A stretch of 64,000 bases of DNA, from the IMG/VR virus record IMGVR_UViG_3300025450_000013. One strand, written 5' to 3'. Of this stretch, positions 27,852 to 40,200 are shown one piece after another. Under the pieces are notes generated by a model. The model worked only from the letters and a program-made list of their open reading frames with translations, did no database searches and was not told the DNA's origin. A program made the position numbers and the translations under genes. This DNA is from a virus. Each line of letters starts with the position of its first letter. Position 1 is the first letter of the stretch.

Positions 27852-27871
27852 TAATTTTTATTTTTAATACC

Positions 27872-29797
27872 TTAATCATCAAGTGTTGTTCTTAATACTC
27901 TAATTGTAGAAGAAGCATACTTAGGAACAACATTTAATCTAACTTCACCTAAAGTAACAGATGCACTAAATGTAGCAAGAATGTTGGAAGTATATAACAA
28001 TCCATATTCTGTAATAAATGTATCTGTGCTATTATGAATTAGAGAAATCTGTGTGGTTTCCCATTCAACACCAGCGTCAATTGTAATAGTATAATGAGCC
28101 GAACGATATGAAGTTGTTTGGAAATGGTCTAGAATTTGGTCATTATTTGAAGATGTTGTTAATGTAAAGTTTGTAAGTTTGGAAGATCCTACTGTTACAC
28201 TTCCTGTAATTATCAGGTCACCATTAAATACACTACCAGAATTATTTGCAAGAGCATTGTTAGCAGTTGTAAATGCCGTGTTGATAACACCAAATGCTGA
28301 ATTAACAGCGGTATAGGTTGCATTTGTCAGATTATATGAAGTATTGGAATTATCAAATGCTGCATTAGCAATTGTCATAGAGGTGTTTACATAACCATAT
28401 ACGGTATTTGATAAATATCCAGCATAGTTATTTGCGGAAGATGTGGATAAATTTGTATATGAATTACCTGATGTTCCAATTAAATTGGCATATACATTAC
28501 CTGAAATACCTACTGTAGTAGCATAACCATTAGCACTATTGGCCATCTGACCTGAATAGTTATTGGAAGATTCAATGTCTGTATTAGAAGCTATGTATAA
28601 TTCTTTAGAACCATCATTAGTAAAAGCCCACTTAGTTGCTGATTCATCCCAAACAAGATATGTATTAGAACTTGTGCCTCTATTAATTGATAAACCACTA
28701 TTTACACCGAGTGGTGCTGAACCTGATGGTAGTTCAGCATTTAAGACAATAGTGTTATCACCTACTAAAAGTTTCTGAACATTGGCATAAAGAGTGGTAC
28801 CTTTGACGGTAAGATTACCAGATACAGAAACATCACCTGTAACTGTTCCACCCGCATAAGGAAAATATGTTGCAGATGCATAGGCATTAGCAGAATTGAC
28901 CATTGCACCGGAATGGTTATTAGATGAGGCGGTGGATAGGTCCGTATAAGAATTACCAGAGGTACCAATTAGATTAGCATAAGCATTGCCCGAGGCACCA
29001 ACGGTATTGGCCCAAGTGTTTGCATTTACACCTACCGTATTTGCAAACGTTCTAGCATAAGAATTGGAACTATTTGCCATCTGGCCGGAATAGTTATTAG
29101 CAGCATTTGTGGATGTATCTGTATAACTATTAGCAGATGTTCCTACAAGATTTGCATAAGCATTACCGGCAGCACCAACTGAAACTGTATATCCATTAGC
29201 ACCTATACCAGTATTGTATGCTAGAGAATTTGCAGAGTTTGCTTTATCAAATGCTGCATTAGCAGTATTAAATGCAGGAGCAACCTGAGGAGCAACATTA
29301 TTGGCAGATTCAAAGGCAGCATTAGCAACATCATAAACAGAATTAGCAGCAAAATAAGCAGCAGCAGCAATGTCAAATGCTGCATTTGCTCCATCTAAAG
29401 CAAGGTTTGCTCTATTACTAATGTCTGTAAAATTTAATCCACCTGAAAGAGTATTAGCATAGTCAAACGCGACATTGGCAATGTCAAATGCTGGTTTTAG
29501 ATTAGCACTAATAGTTATGATGTCGTTGATAATATCGGAAGTAATACCAATATTTTGACCTGGAACTATAGAAAGAACTGAACTATTACTTAGTGCTGTA
29601 ATAAGAGAGTTATTGGCATTAATAGTAGCAAAACTATAAACATTACCAGAACCAGAAAAACTTACAATTTGTCCTGTAACGTTTTTATAATAAAATTTAC
29701 CATCAGCATAGTTAAGAGCAATCTCACCATTGGACAGGCTATTTGGTATATGAGACGGTACGCCGGAACTTTTAAGTTGAATTACTGTGTTTGACAT
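27872..29797 (-). CDS. Fibre/virion structural protein
   Basis: N-terminal IQLKSS...P.SL.NGEIALNYADGK; Ala/Asn heptads; C-terminal YRSAHY..TEYG..LATF..VRL domain. Confidence 0.75.
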   Translation of the reverse strand: MSNTVIQLKSSGVPSHIPNSLSNGEIALNYADGKFYYKNVTGQIVSFSGSGNVYSFATINANNSLITALSNSSVLSIVPGQNIGITSDIINDIITISANLKPAFDIANVAFDYANTLSGGLNFTDISNRANLALDGANAAFDIAAAAYFAANSVYDVANAAFESANNVAPQVAPAFNTANAAFDKANSANSLAYNTGIGANGYTVSVGAAGNAYANLVGTSANSYTDTSTNAANNYSGQMANSSNSYARTFANTVGVNANTWANTVGASGNAYANLIGTSGNSYTDLSTASSNNHSGAMVNSANAYASATYFPYAGGTVTGDVSVSGNLTVKGTTLYANVQKLLVGDNTIVLNAELPSGSAPLGVNSGLSINRGTSSNTYLVWDESATKWAFTNDGSKELYIASNTDIESSNNYSGQMANSANGYATTVGISGNVYANLIGTSGNSYTNLSTSSANNYAGYLSNTVYGYVNTSMTIANAAFDNSNTSYNLTNATYTAVNSAFGVINTAFTTANNALANNSGSVFNGDLIITGSVTVGSSKLTNFTLTTSSNNDQILDHFQTTSYRSAHYTITIDAGVEWETTQISLIHNSTDTFITEYGLLYTSNILATFSASVTLGEVRLNVVPKYASSTIRVLRTTLDD

Positions 29798-30450
29798 TAA
29801 AAATCGTCAGCTTTCTCTTCCGGTTCTACAGATGAAACAATGTTTTTGGTATTTATACTTTTTTTAGGAAAAGATTGAGACGATTTTTTAACATTTTGAT
29901 TTTCAAGTATTTCTATTTGTTTTTCTTTTTCATCAAGTAATTTTTTCAGTTCATCTAATTCAGTAGATAAGTTTTGTAAACTATCATATTTTTCTTTTAA
30001 AGAATTAAATTCATTATTTTTATCAATAAGTTGCTTTTTTACATCATTGAATTGATTAGTCAAAGTATCTAAAACTGATACTTTATTTTTCAATGCATTA
30101 CATTCATCTTCCCATCTTTTGGCATCTTTACGAGCATTATTTATTTGCTCATTGTCAATTGTTTTAGTTTTTTGCAGTTCTGTGCGAGTATTACTTAATT
30201 TTCCTTCCAAATCGGAACGAGTAAAGTCCAACTTTGATTGTAGGTCGGACTTACTCATTTCCAATTCGGATTTAACTTTATTCAACTCTTCTTGGAGTTT
30301 TATTACTTCTTCAACTTTTGCTTTTGCTATATCATTTGATAATTTTGTCTGCGTTTTTAATTGTAGAATGGTACTTATATTTTCATGTAACATTCCAATC
30401 GCATTTTCAATATAAGAATTAACAAAAGCACTTGAATCCGACATAACCAA
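29797..30450 (-). CDS. Coiled-coil hypothetical protein
   Basis: Lys/Glu/Leu-rich heptads over most of the length; coupled to next gene. Confidence 0.65.
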   Translation of the reverse strand: MVMSDSSAFVNSYIENAIGMLHENISTILQLKTQTKLSNDIAKAKVEEVIKLQEELNKVKSELEMSKSDLQSKLDFTRSDLEGKLSNTRTELQKTKTIDNEQINNARKDAKRWEDECNALKNKVSVLDTLTNQFNDVKKQLIDKNNEFNSLKEKYDSLQNLSTELDELKKLLDEKEKQIEILENQNVKKSSQSFPKKSINTKNIVSSVEPEEKADDF

Positions 30451-30473
30451 TCTCCAGTTTACGAGTTAAAAAA

Positions 30474-31604
30474 TTAGAAAGAACCTCCGTCTAGCATACC
30501 GAAGAATGGAACACCGAGTGTATCAGCCTGTAATACTTGACCTGATGTACCAGCAGCAGTTACGTTCAAAGGACCTGTTGTATTACCGTATAGTATACCG
30601 TTTACGGTGAATGTACCTACTCCTGTACCGCCATAAGAAACTGCTAGTGTTCCTGTATTAATGTAGGATGCATTAGCAGCATTTGTATTTGCAGCTGATC
30701 CTACTCCATCGGCATAAACATTAGCAGATACACCAACTGCCGCAGCATAAACGTTAGCAGCAACGCCAACTGCTGATGCATAAGAATTACCGGCCTCAAT
30801 GTCTGTATTAGAAGCAATGAATAGTTCAGTTAGACCGTCATTTGAAAAGGCCCATTTAGTAAATGATTCGTCCCAAACGAGATATGTATTGGTAGATGAA
30901 CCACGGTTAACTTGGAAACCAGATTGCAACATATATGGTGCATCTGTGCTTGGTAACTCTGCATCCAAAATAAGAAGATTAGTGCCTACTTGAGCTGTTG
31001 TTGTATTAACATAAGTGGTTGTACCAGTTACATTAAGATTACCTGTAATAGCAATATCACTTGCAATCGTTTGTGTTTGTCCAGGTAAAGACAATTTTAC
31101 AAATGTTGTATTTGCCCAAGTATTAGATGCGTTTGCATAACCATAAGCAGCATTTGCTACATCAAAGTTAGCATTGGCCAGTGTATATGCTGCATTGGTA
31201 ACGTCAAAATTAGCATTGGCAAGAGTGTATGCTGCATTGGTAACATCATAATTGGAATTTGCTAATCCATATGCCGCATTGGTAACATCAAAGTTAGCAT
31301 TAGCAAGAGTGTATGCAGAATTAGTGGTATTAAATGTTACATTTAATAGGTCAAATATAAAAGCTGTATCAGAAGAAGTATTTGCTTGTGCATAAGCAGC
31401 ATTAACTAAATCGTAAATACTGTTCTGTTGATCAATGAAAAACTGACCGCCAATGGCTATAACGCCATCGCCAGCTGCATTACCTATAAATAGTTTTTCA
31501 GAATTATAGGAATACGCAAGTTCCGCTGGATTTAGTGATCCATCTATTGGAACTGGTGTTGATGAAGATCGTTTGATCTGGATGATTGTATTACTTGCTG
31601 TCAT
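30474..31604 (-). CDS. Fibre/virion structural protein
   Basis: IQIKRSS...P..GSL..AELAYSY..EKLFIG N-terminus; 14-aa repeats; GTLAVSYGGTG; C-terminal LDGGSF. Confidence 0.75.
   Translation of the reverse strand: MTASNTIIQIKRSSSTPVPIDGSLNPAELAYSYNSEKLFIGNAAGDGVIAIGGQFFIDQQNSIYDLVNAAYAQANTSSDTAFIFDLLNVTFNTTNSAYTLANANFDVTNAAYGLANSNYDVTNAAYTLANANFDVTNAAYTLANANFDVANAAYGYANASNTWANTTFVKLSLPGQTQTIASDIAITGNLNVTGTTTYVNTTTAQVGTNLLILDAELPSTDAPYMLQSGFQVNRGSSTNTYLVWDESFTKWAFSNDGLTELFIASNTDIEAGNSYASAVGVAANVYAAAVGVSANVYADGVGSAANTNAANASYINTGTLAVSYGGTGVGTFTVNGILYGNTTGPLNVTAAGTSGQVLQADTLGVPFFGMLDGGSF
31140..31325. repeat. 42-bp (14-aa) tandem coding repeat TNAAYTLANANFDV, about 4 copies
   Basis: Visible in the translation of 30474-31604. 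Confidence 0.8.
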
Positions 31605-31607
31605 ATC

Positions 31608-31817
31608 TTAAAATTCTCCTCCGTCTAAGATGGGCAATGTTTCTATTTTAAACTTTCCACTTTGCGCATCGTAAACGACAGTTTCGTTATTTGCTATATG
31701 GCTAGCGTCAACATCTTTAAGTTGAACGAGTTCCTGCACTCCGCCAGCACCCACGCCATTAAAGGTATTTATCAAAATACGATTTTTAGGTGTGGTAGTT
31801 ACTGTTATCTTAGCCAT
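31608..31817 (-). CDS. Small virion protein ending LDGGEF
   Basis: L..LKDVDAS......VVYD..SGKF and DGGxF terminus. Confidence 0.65.
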   Translation of the reverse strand: MAKITVTTTPKNRILINTFNGVGAGGVQELVQLKDVDASHIANNETVVYDAQSGKFKIETLPILDGGEF

Positions 31818-31827
31818 GTTCGTTTAC

Positions 31828-32169
31828 CTATTGTGTTATTGATGGTGTTACAAACATAAGACCTTCAATAAGTCTGGATCTTAATCCAGCAACAGTATCA
31901 TTCACTTTAACATCAAAGAAATATGTTCCAGCCTCTATATTGGCCGTATTAGCAGCATCTAGTTCTACAAAGATTTCACCAGAATTAGCATATGGAATAG
32001 TGCAAACCAAGGTAGCAGTTATATTTTGAGAAAGAATAGACTTCCTCATCGTGCTTGTTACAATATATCCAGTCAAATTTTGTGCTAAATTATTATCTTC
32101 ACTATTAATTTGAATTGTGGTACTGAAATCGGTACCCTGATCCATATAGAGTTCTACGTATTCGGACAA
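31828..32169 (-). CDS. Virion structural protein (BppU-like Ig fold)
   Basis: ELYMDQGTDFS, NLTGY, AGTYFFDV, RLIEG.MFVTPSIT. Confidence 0.7.
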   Translation of the reverse strand: MSEYVELYMDQGTDFSTTIQINSEDNNLAQNLTGYIVTSTMRKSILSQNITATLVCTIPYANSGEIFVELDAANTANIEAGTYFFDVKVNDTVAGLRSRLIEGLMFVTPSITQ

Positions 32170-32170
32170 T

Positions 32171-34057
32171 TTATCCTACTCCTGGTAAGAATGATCCATA
32201 AAGATAAGTTCCATCACAAATGAATGAGAAGATATCATGTGCACCAGCTGATGTGGATAAAGGAGGTGCAGCAGCTCCTGGCCATTTAAATGCGGTACTA
32301 AATGAAAGTGTTCTAGAACCTGTTGAATCTTGATATACATGGAGTATATATGTTCCTACTTTTAAATTGGTAGGTGTAGCGAGTGTAGCATTACCTGTGA
32401 GTGTTACAGTTGCAACTGTACCTGAAGACGTATTCCAATTAATTGTGCTTCCGTATGTCAAAGTTTGCTGTAAGAACCCTGCACCGGACATATTTATGGT
32501 TCCGGTAAAAGTTGGGCTAGAAATGGTCGGGCTAGCAAGAGGTGCATAAGTGCTTGCTGCTACTGCGCTTGATAAGAAATTAGAAGATGTCCAATTTTGA
32601 AGATATGTATTAGTTGTTTGTATGAAACTGTTAGCACTTAGTGCAACACTATTTGCTCTATTAAATGCAGCAACAACGTTTGAGGATAATGCAATACTAT
32701 CATAATTATAACCATCATTTGTTACAGACCAGAAACCTGTTGATTCAATCCATCCTAAGAATGTATTTGGGCTTGTACCACGATTGATAACTATACCTGA
32801 GTTGACAGATAAAGGTGGTGAATTGTTGGCCAATTGAGCATTAATAACAACAATGTTATCACCAATGAGCAATTGCTGACTACTAGCATACGTTGTAGCA
32901 CCAGAAACGATAAGGTTACCTGCAACAGAAATATCACCAGAAATAGCACCACCACTCTTTTTGAAGTATGTTGCTGCTGAATATGAGTTGGAACTATTAG
33001 CCATGAATCCAGCATAACCGTTGGAACTATTAGACATAGCACCAGCATAGTTATTGGCTGAAATAGCAGTATTTGAAATATTATTAGCATTTGTATTTGC
33101 TTTTGCGAATACAGCATTAGTGGTTAAATAATTACTATTGCCCATAACATATGCTGCGTTAGTAACCGTAAAGTTCATGTTGGCCATTACATATGCAGCG
33201 GACAAACGGACGTTATCCGTATTTGACTGTGTAAATGCGGCGTTAGTTACCACATAGTTAGCATTGGCCATGGTATAAGCAGAATTGATTACAACAAATT
33301 CGGAATTTGATTGGTTGAAGCAAGCAAGGTTTGTTGCAATTGTAGTAACACCCTGAGAGTTAAGAGCATTACAAAAAGCGAGAGCAATATTTGCTTGATT
33401 ATATCCTAGGTTTGCTGTGGTATACGATGAATTAGTTGTGATAAAATTGATATTTACAGAATTGTATGCTGCGGTAAGTCTTACGTTATCCGTATTTGAC
33501 TGTGTAAATACGGAATTGGTTACGACATAATTTGCATTGGCCATAATATATGCTGAATTAACCACCACATAAGCAGAGTTAGAACTTGTATAAGCAGCAT
33601 TAGTAACCGTAAAGTTCATGTTGGCCATTACATAGGCCGCAGACAAACGGACGTTATCTGTATTAGATTGCCCAAATACGGAATTGGTTACCACATAGTT
33701 AGCATTACCCATGGTATATGCTGCATTGATTACACCAAATGCTGAGTTTACTGCATTATAAGTAGCATTGGTTAAAAGATAACCAGAATTAGCGGTTCTA
33801 TATGAAGAATTGGTTACATCAAAGGCTGCATTTGTTAATGTATAAGCAGAATTGGTGGTATCAAAAGCAATATTAGTTACTACGTAGTTAGCATTAGCCA
33901 TTGTATAACAGGCGTTTGTAGTATCAAAAGCAATATTAGTTGTGTCAAAAATCAGATTTGCAAATGCGTTCAACTCACCAGCATATAAAATTACCTGGTT
34001 TGTTTTAGAAAGCCAGGTACCAAATGTATCAGTTAGGTTAACGTTTGCGATTCCCAT
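32171..34057 (-). CDS. Baseplate-attached fibre protein
   Basis: N-terminal V.LTDTFGTW.SKTN; internal repeats; C-terminal FKWPGAAAPPLST.AGAHDIFSFICDGTYLYG. Confidence 0.75.
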   Translation of the reverse strand: MGIANVNLTDTFGTWLSKTNQVILYAGELNAFANLIFDTTNIAFDTTNACYTMANANYVVTNIAFDTTNSAYTLTNAAFDVTNSSYRTANSGYLLTNATYNAVNSAFGVINAAYTMGNANYVVTNSVFGQSNTDNVRLSAAYVMANMNFTVTNAAYTSSNSAYVVVNSAYIMANANYVVTNSVFTQSNTDNVRLTAAYNSVNINFITTNSSYTTANLGYNQANIALAFCNALNSQGVTTIATNLACFNQSNSEFVVINSAYTMANANYVVTNAAFTQSNTDNVRLSAAYVMANMNFTVTNAAYVMGNSNYLTTNAVFAKANTNANNISNTAISANNYAGAMSNSSNGYAGFMANSSNSYSAATYFKKSGGAISGDISVAGNLIVSGATTYASSQQLLIGDNIVVINAQLANNSPPLSVNSGIVINRGTSPNTFLGWIESTGFWSVTNDGYNYDSIALSSNVVAAFNRANSVALSANSFIQTTNTYLQNWTSSNFLSSAVAASTYAPLASPTISSPTFTGTINMSGAGFLQQTLTYGSTINWNTSSGTVATVTLTGNATLATPTNLKVGTYILHVYQDSTGSRTLSFSTAFKWPGAAAPPLSTSAGAHDIFSFICDGTYLYGSFLPGVG

Positions 34058-34255
34058 TTACTTTACCAATCCTTTTAACAAATTCTTAATTTCTTCTATA
34101 TCTTTTTTTAGTTCAGAAACATCTTCTCGTAAGATGTCCGTTTCTTTCATCTTTTGCATTTTTATTTTATATGCCTGAAGTGCATCTATATCCTTATTTA
34201 TCAGAACTCCTTCACGCTCTTTGTAAATACCATGAATTTCAGTTTTTTTAGACAT
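34058..34255 (-). CDS. Small conserved protein downstream of VrlC-like wedge
   Basis: GVLINKD..A...YK then short coiled coil ending IKNLLKGLVK. Confidence 0.7.
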   Translation of the reverse strand: MSKKTEIHGIYKEREGVLINKDIDALQAYKIKMQKMKETDILREDVSELKKDIEEIKNLLKGLVK

Positions 34256-34263
34256 GTTTCACC

Positions 34264-37200
34264 TTATAATTGTAATGCGATTGCTCTTAGTTCGGATGCC
34301 TTTGGAACCGAAGCAGGATTATTGGCCAACAATACAATCTTAATAGCAAAGTATTGGAAGTTTGTATAAGTTGTTCCATTAAGAGTATATTGAAATTCCC
34401 CACTAGGCCCTGTCAAGACTGATGTTGGTAATACATATGAGAAGTCAATATAGTTTGATGTATCGGAAGCTGATGAATATACCTGACCACTATTACCTTG
34501 ATATGGCATTAGAATCCAAGGTTTATTATCAAAATTATCCGTATCATATTGGTTCATTAACTTACAGTAAACCAAAATATCTGTTCCCGGTGGGCGATAG
34601 TTGGTTAGATAAACATTCAAGTCATTAGCCGCTTGACCTGGAGCAAGTGTAATTGTTTCTGAAATATATTTATTAAGTGCTGAACCACCTCTTGGATTAG
34701 TTTCACCTGTTGCATCAGCATTAACTAGATTATCAATAAGAACAGAATATGTTGAAGACAAATCTAATAAAGGAGATGTATATATTGAGTTGCTTTCAAA
34801 TTGAACTTGAACTTTATTTGAACGATTACCAGATAATGCGGATGATTCCAATGATTTGGAATAAATTTGCATTTCGTTTTTAAAGAATGTTGCAGAAGAA
34901 TCTGTAACATTAACATACCCATTGTCACTCAAAGCACCTACTTGATAAGTATCCATAGCATATTGAGAACCTGTTTTAGTAAAATTCAGAATATCAGGCT
35001 GGAATTGAGCACCGGAATATGTGTAATTTAAAATATCCGTGATTTTGGCATGAAATGCATATCCACCAGACCTTGTGTCTTGTATCCAATCACCTACTTT
35101 GAAACCACCTGTTGAGTGTGACATTTCAACATAGACATTGGAATAATTATCATTATAGAATGTCAATACTGCTGAATTATTGGCAATTCCTGCTACGATA
35201 CCCTGACCACCGGATGTAGCAGTTACTTTCTCACCCAACTGATAACGAGTATTGGATGTTTGATAATTGGATCCACTAACCGAAATTAATTGGCCTGCTG
35301 CGGTAGCACCAGAAACGTTTCCTGTTAGAGTATCTCCTACCGTAATAGTTCCACTTACGCCTGATAATGTTAATGTATCACCCGACACAAAATGGTCATT
35401 AATAAGGCTACCAAATGATGCACTGACATCCGAAAGATACCATTTCTCAATACCTTGTTCACCTAAGGTACATGTTGCAACACCTTGATTAAATGTGGCT
35501 GTATAAACGTTAATAGTAAGGTCGGTATCTGTAATGAGATTCCATGTGATATTATCATTTGTAAAATAGAAATTTCCGTATTGCTGTCTGTTATTGAAAG
35601 AAGCGCCGTTATTTCTATCTTGTTGACCTAATTGAGCCACCCATAAGTATGTGTCAGGGTCAACAAGACCTCCTGCTCCAGCAGTACCGTGTATTGTAAA
35701 TGCATAAGAACGGTTATTATTTAAGAATACCGGATAAGGGAATCTTATTTGTAATGGATTGTTAATACCATTAGTAGATACTGGAATATCTGCATTTTTA
35801 ATATAAACATAACTTCCAGGTAATTGTGTATTAGTAATCTGCCCTGCTGCATCCAATGTTCTAATTTCAAACCAAAGGTCTCTAGTGGCTGATTTTGCCT
35901 GAACAAACACATCATAACCTAAGCAATAAACACCTTCTTCATCGGATGGAACTTTGATATTAACATTATAAGCCATACAACAGTTATGAACCACATAACC
36001 TTCGACGATATATGTGGAGTCACCGCTAAGTGTTAGATCGTAAACTGTGTAGTCTGGATCAAAGTCAACGATTTCGGTACCTAGTGTTTTATAATCAACA
36101 AATTTAAAGTTGATCTTGTCATCTGACTCCATGTCAACAATTTTTAGTTTATCAAGTGGATCAATACCCTCTTCACGGTTTTCACCTTCGAGAATATGCT
36201 GGTTGGTACCATTCTTTCTAATGACACTCTTTGGATCCCAAGTTTTCCAACCCTTGTCAGTTAGGAAGATGTGATCGTCTGTGGCATAGAATCCTTCCTG
36301 GAACTTAACCATCTTACGGTCACCGACGTTAATTGTCCTTGACTTCATAACGGTATTAATGTCACCATTCGCACCGATTACCTTTTCACCAATATTAACA
36401 TCAGAGATCGGTTTCCAGGTCTTGTCGGCCATCAACACCTTTGCTTCTGGATTGAAGCAGGAGTAAGGAGGAGGCGTTGTATTGACGATAGTGGTGTTAG
36501 CATATGATAGATAGCTTTGTTGCAAAGGAGTTGAGGTATATTGAACTGAATTAGTTGAATATACCGTTTCTTGTAAAGTTTGTTGTGTTCCTTGTGCAAA
36601 GAAATATGCTTGTGCCCATGTGGTAACATCTTGAGCAACAGAAAGAGTTCCTGGATTAAGAGCCAAATCATCTTGAATGAGCATAACCCTTTGACCTGTT
36701 TGGAATTTAGGTGTTCCGGGATTCTTTACTGTATCAAAAATCTTAAAAGAAAAATAAAGTGTTCCATCAGGATTAACAATAAGAGGATCACCCATTTTAG
36801 CCCATCCACTAGTCGATAACAATGTAGAAACTTGTGGATTCTGGACACCAGCTGTTGTGTATGTGTTCACCCTAGAAACAGCATTAAATTGTTCTTCGGT
36901 AAGAGGTGTGCAGTATGCATCAACATGTACCGTGTCAAAAAAAGAATACATACGACTATTTGGTTTTAAATTAGAAACATTAACAATAATATCTTGTGGT
37001 TGAATATATGGTATAATAGAAGTATCAATAACATTATAACCACCAACAGCTTGACCGCTTTGATAGGTAACAAAGTTACTTGCACCAATTCGGTCATTTT
37101 CGGTGGTTTGAACTATAGTAGCACCACCTTTTCCGTAACTATGAACCCAAGTATCTACATAACTTGCAGCATCGGCATAGGTTGAGAACGTTTTAGATGG

Positions 37201-40200
37201 TTCATTTGTTGCTGCCCATCCTGTACCATAAACGGTATAACCAGTAATAAACTGAGTCCAAGCACCCCAAGTTTCACCTAACCACTGTGTTGTTTGAACT
37301 GCGGTAGAAACAGGAACTGCTGGACCTGTACCAACAGTTACGTCGATGAGTGCACCTTGTGATGTTATGTTGACGTATTGATCTGGAGCATACTGAGTAT
37401 CAACCCAAACGTCATCGGATGGGTTCAATGTCATTCTACCAACATAATAATAAGCGTTTCTTTCCAAATTCATCCATCTTGTTACCCAAGGCTGGCTAAA
37501 ATATTGATTTTCTGTATATGTAAAAGTAATCTTACCATTACTCATTACTGTTTCAGAACCACCCAAATAATCGTAGTAAATTGGCTTAGATGAATAAATT
37601 GGTCTGATACACAACTCAATAGGATCAAATGAAATCCTCATATCAGGGTTTGTTAATATAGCTGATGAAGAGGAATCTTTAAAATTATCAACAAAAATAC
37701 CATTCTTAAACCTGTTTAATCCATTAGCATTGGTAATATTCATATTGATTGCTGAGGATTCTAACAATGTCAATGAAGCATAGTATTCTAGATTAGAGAT
37801 ACGGTTATCAAGGATACCAAGGTCTCTCATAGTATAAATTTTTGTTGAAACTGTCTGTACCGAACATGCAAGGTCCTGACGGCCTATTAGGTTACCATAT
37901 GCTGGTGACAATGATGGATACGGAGCCAAACTAATAATAGCAATAGCCATCTGTGTATCAAGGGCTGTTGGTGGAACCGGAGTGACCGCAGGAGTTCCTT
38001 TCAATACAGATAGAACACCATTTTTATTACCAACAAGAACATCTTGACGACCAAGATAATATGAATAACTGTATGTTAGCTGTGTTGATGGAACAGGGAA
38101 AAACAATTCATTTGAATAATAGAATGATGTTGATTTTATAGGATTAACCGATAATGATGGTGAAGAAGCAGATGTAACATCATTAGCAATATTTAATTTT
38201 ACAGGTCTAAAATCCAAATAGTTTCTTAGATCATATGATTTTCTATATGATGGAGAAATATAAATTGGAATTTGTTCTGTTCTAATAGCATTTGTTGGTG
38301 TAGGAACAGTAAAGTCATCGATGTTATAAGAGTCGATGGTAAAATAACCTGAGTAATTACCGAAGTTTGGTAAGAAGTAATCAAAATAAACCAAGAGATA
38401 ATCACTAGCACCTGGTACAAATCCTGCAATAGGAACAATACTTGCTGTGTCATACATTGTATCTCTTTGGCCATTATCTAATTTAAAATACGATGTGACA
38501 TCTGTACCATCGTTCAGACTAGTAGGTTGAGAACCTGACTTTCTAATAACATTTCTAATTTTGTAAACATCTGAGAATCCTAATGGATATGGACCTGTTA
38601 TACCATTAGGATGTGAACCAACGCTGATAAGAACATATCTTCCAGGTGTTAAAGTTTTAGGAACTTCTTGAATGCCTTCAGTAGCCATTCTATAAGTAAC
38701 TGTTACAGGAACAGTATTTGAATAACCTTCTTGCATATCAATCAGTAATGTTGTTGGTGTTGCAATAACAACTCTTTGTAGTCCGTTTCTGACACCGACA
38801 CCGTTTAGATTAGCAATATCACCAGTTTTATATGCTTTAAAGATACTGTTGGTCGTCACTGTTGCAGGAACAGGAGCAGAAAGTGTCATAACACTATCAT
38901 TAGCAATTGCTGTGATATAATAAGTGTTTGATAGACCTGTAATCTCAACTTTATCACCAACATTTAGATAGGTAAAATATGTTGAAACACCGTGAATAGT
39001 GGTACAAGCACTACCAAGGGTAGAAACTGTGGCTCCGCCCCACAAAGGACCAATGTTTGTTGATGCTTGGTATGTTAGTATGATATCATCTGCTATTTCT
39101 GTCTCAGAAAGATAACCATTTCCGTAAGGAAGAGTTTGCGTACCTGATAGACCGGTTGCAATTGTAAGTGAAACATTACCAAAAGTTGTTAAAGATAAAG
39201 ATGATCCTGTTTGATTATAGTAATAAGTTACAGAACCTCCACCATCAACGTTACGAACTGTTTTTGTTGATGATGAACCAACATAGTATAACAAAGGTTG
39301 AGGATATGTAGCTTGAATAACAGTATTGGCTGTTCCAAATGTAGCACCAACAATATCAGCACCTGAATGAGCACCACTACCAATATAATATAAACTTAAA
39401 ACTTGTGAGAAATTATAACCTGAGTTCATGGTGATGTCGGTCAAATAGACATTATAGACCGCATCATATCCTTTTGTACCAGAAACATATTCAACAGATG
39501 ATACAATTGCAGAACCGATCTGATTACCTACTACAGCACCAGTTGACCATTTCTGACCGTATGGTGCTCCACCATTAGTAATTCTTTGGTTCGGTGTATC
39601 GTAGAAATAAACTCTAGAACCTACGTCAGCATACCATGTACCAACAAACTCATTAACTGTTACATATTGTCCCATAGCTGTTGATGATACTTGAATACCA
39701 ACATTTTGATAATCTAGTGGCTTGGTAATTGTAATATCATATTTTCCAGGATTGGTTAGTGAATAACCTTTTACATATGCTCTACCAGCACTTACAGAGG
39801 TAATCAACAAGTCCGTATTACCACCTTGTGCAGGTGTATAACGACCATTATTGACACCATTATTTTCATGTTCTTGTAACTGAACACCTAACCCACTAAC
39901 AACAAAGTCACCATCAACGTCATACATTCTTTGTGCCATAGCATCATTAATACTATTGAACTGAGTTTGATCATTTAAGATTTGAATGTTGCCGTTTGCA
40001 ATAGCAAATAATGTAATAAAATCGGCAGGTGGTGTTGTTCCATATGGAAGGACTGTTAATTCTGGATCTAATCTTAGACGGTCGGCACCTGGTGCACCAT
40101 AGTTTGATGACTGTAATGCAGGATCTAATAGGGAAGAATCTGTAGAAGATGTTACGATATCTTCATATACGTAGAAACCAACAAGAGAAGATGGATTTGG

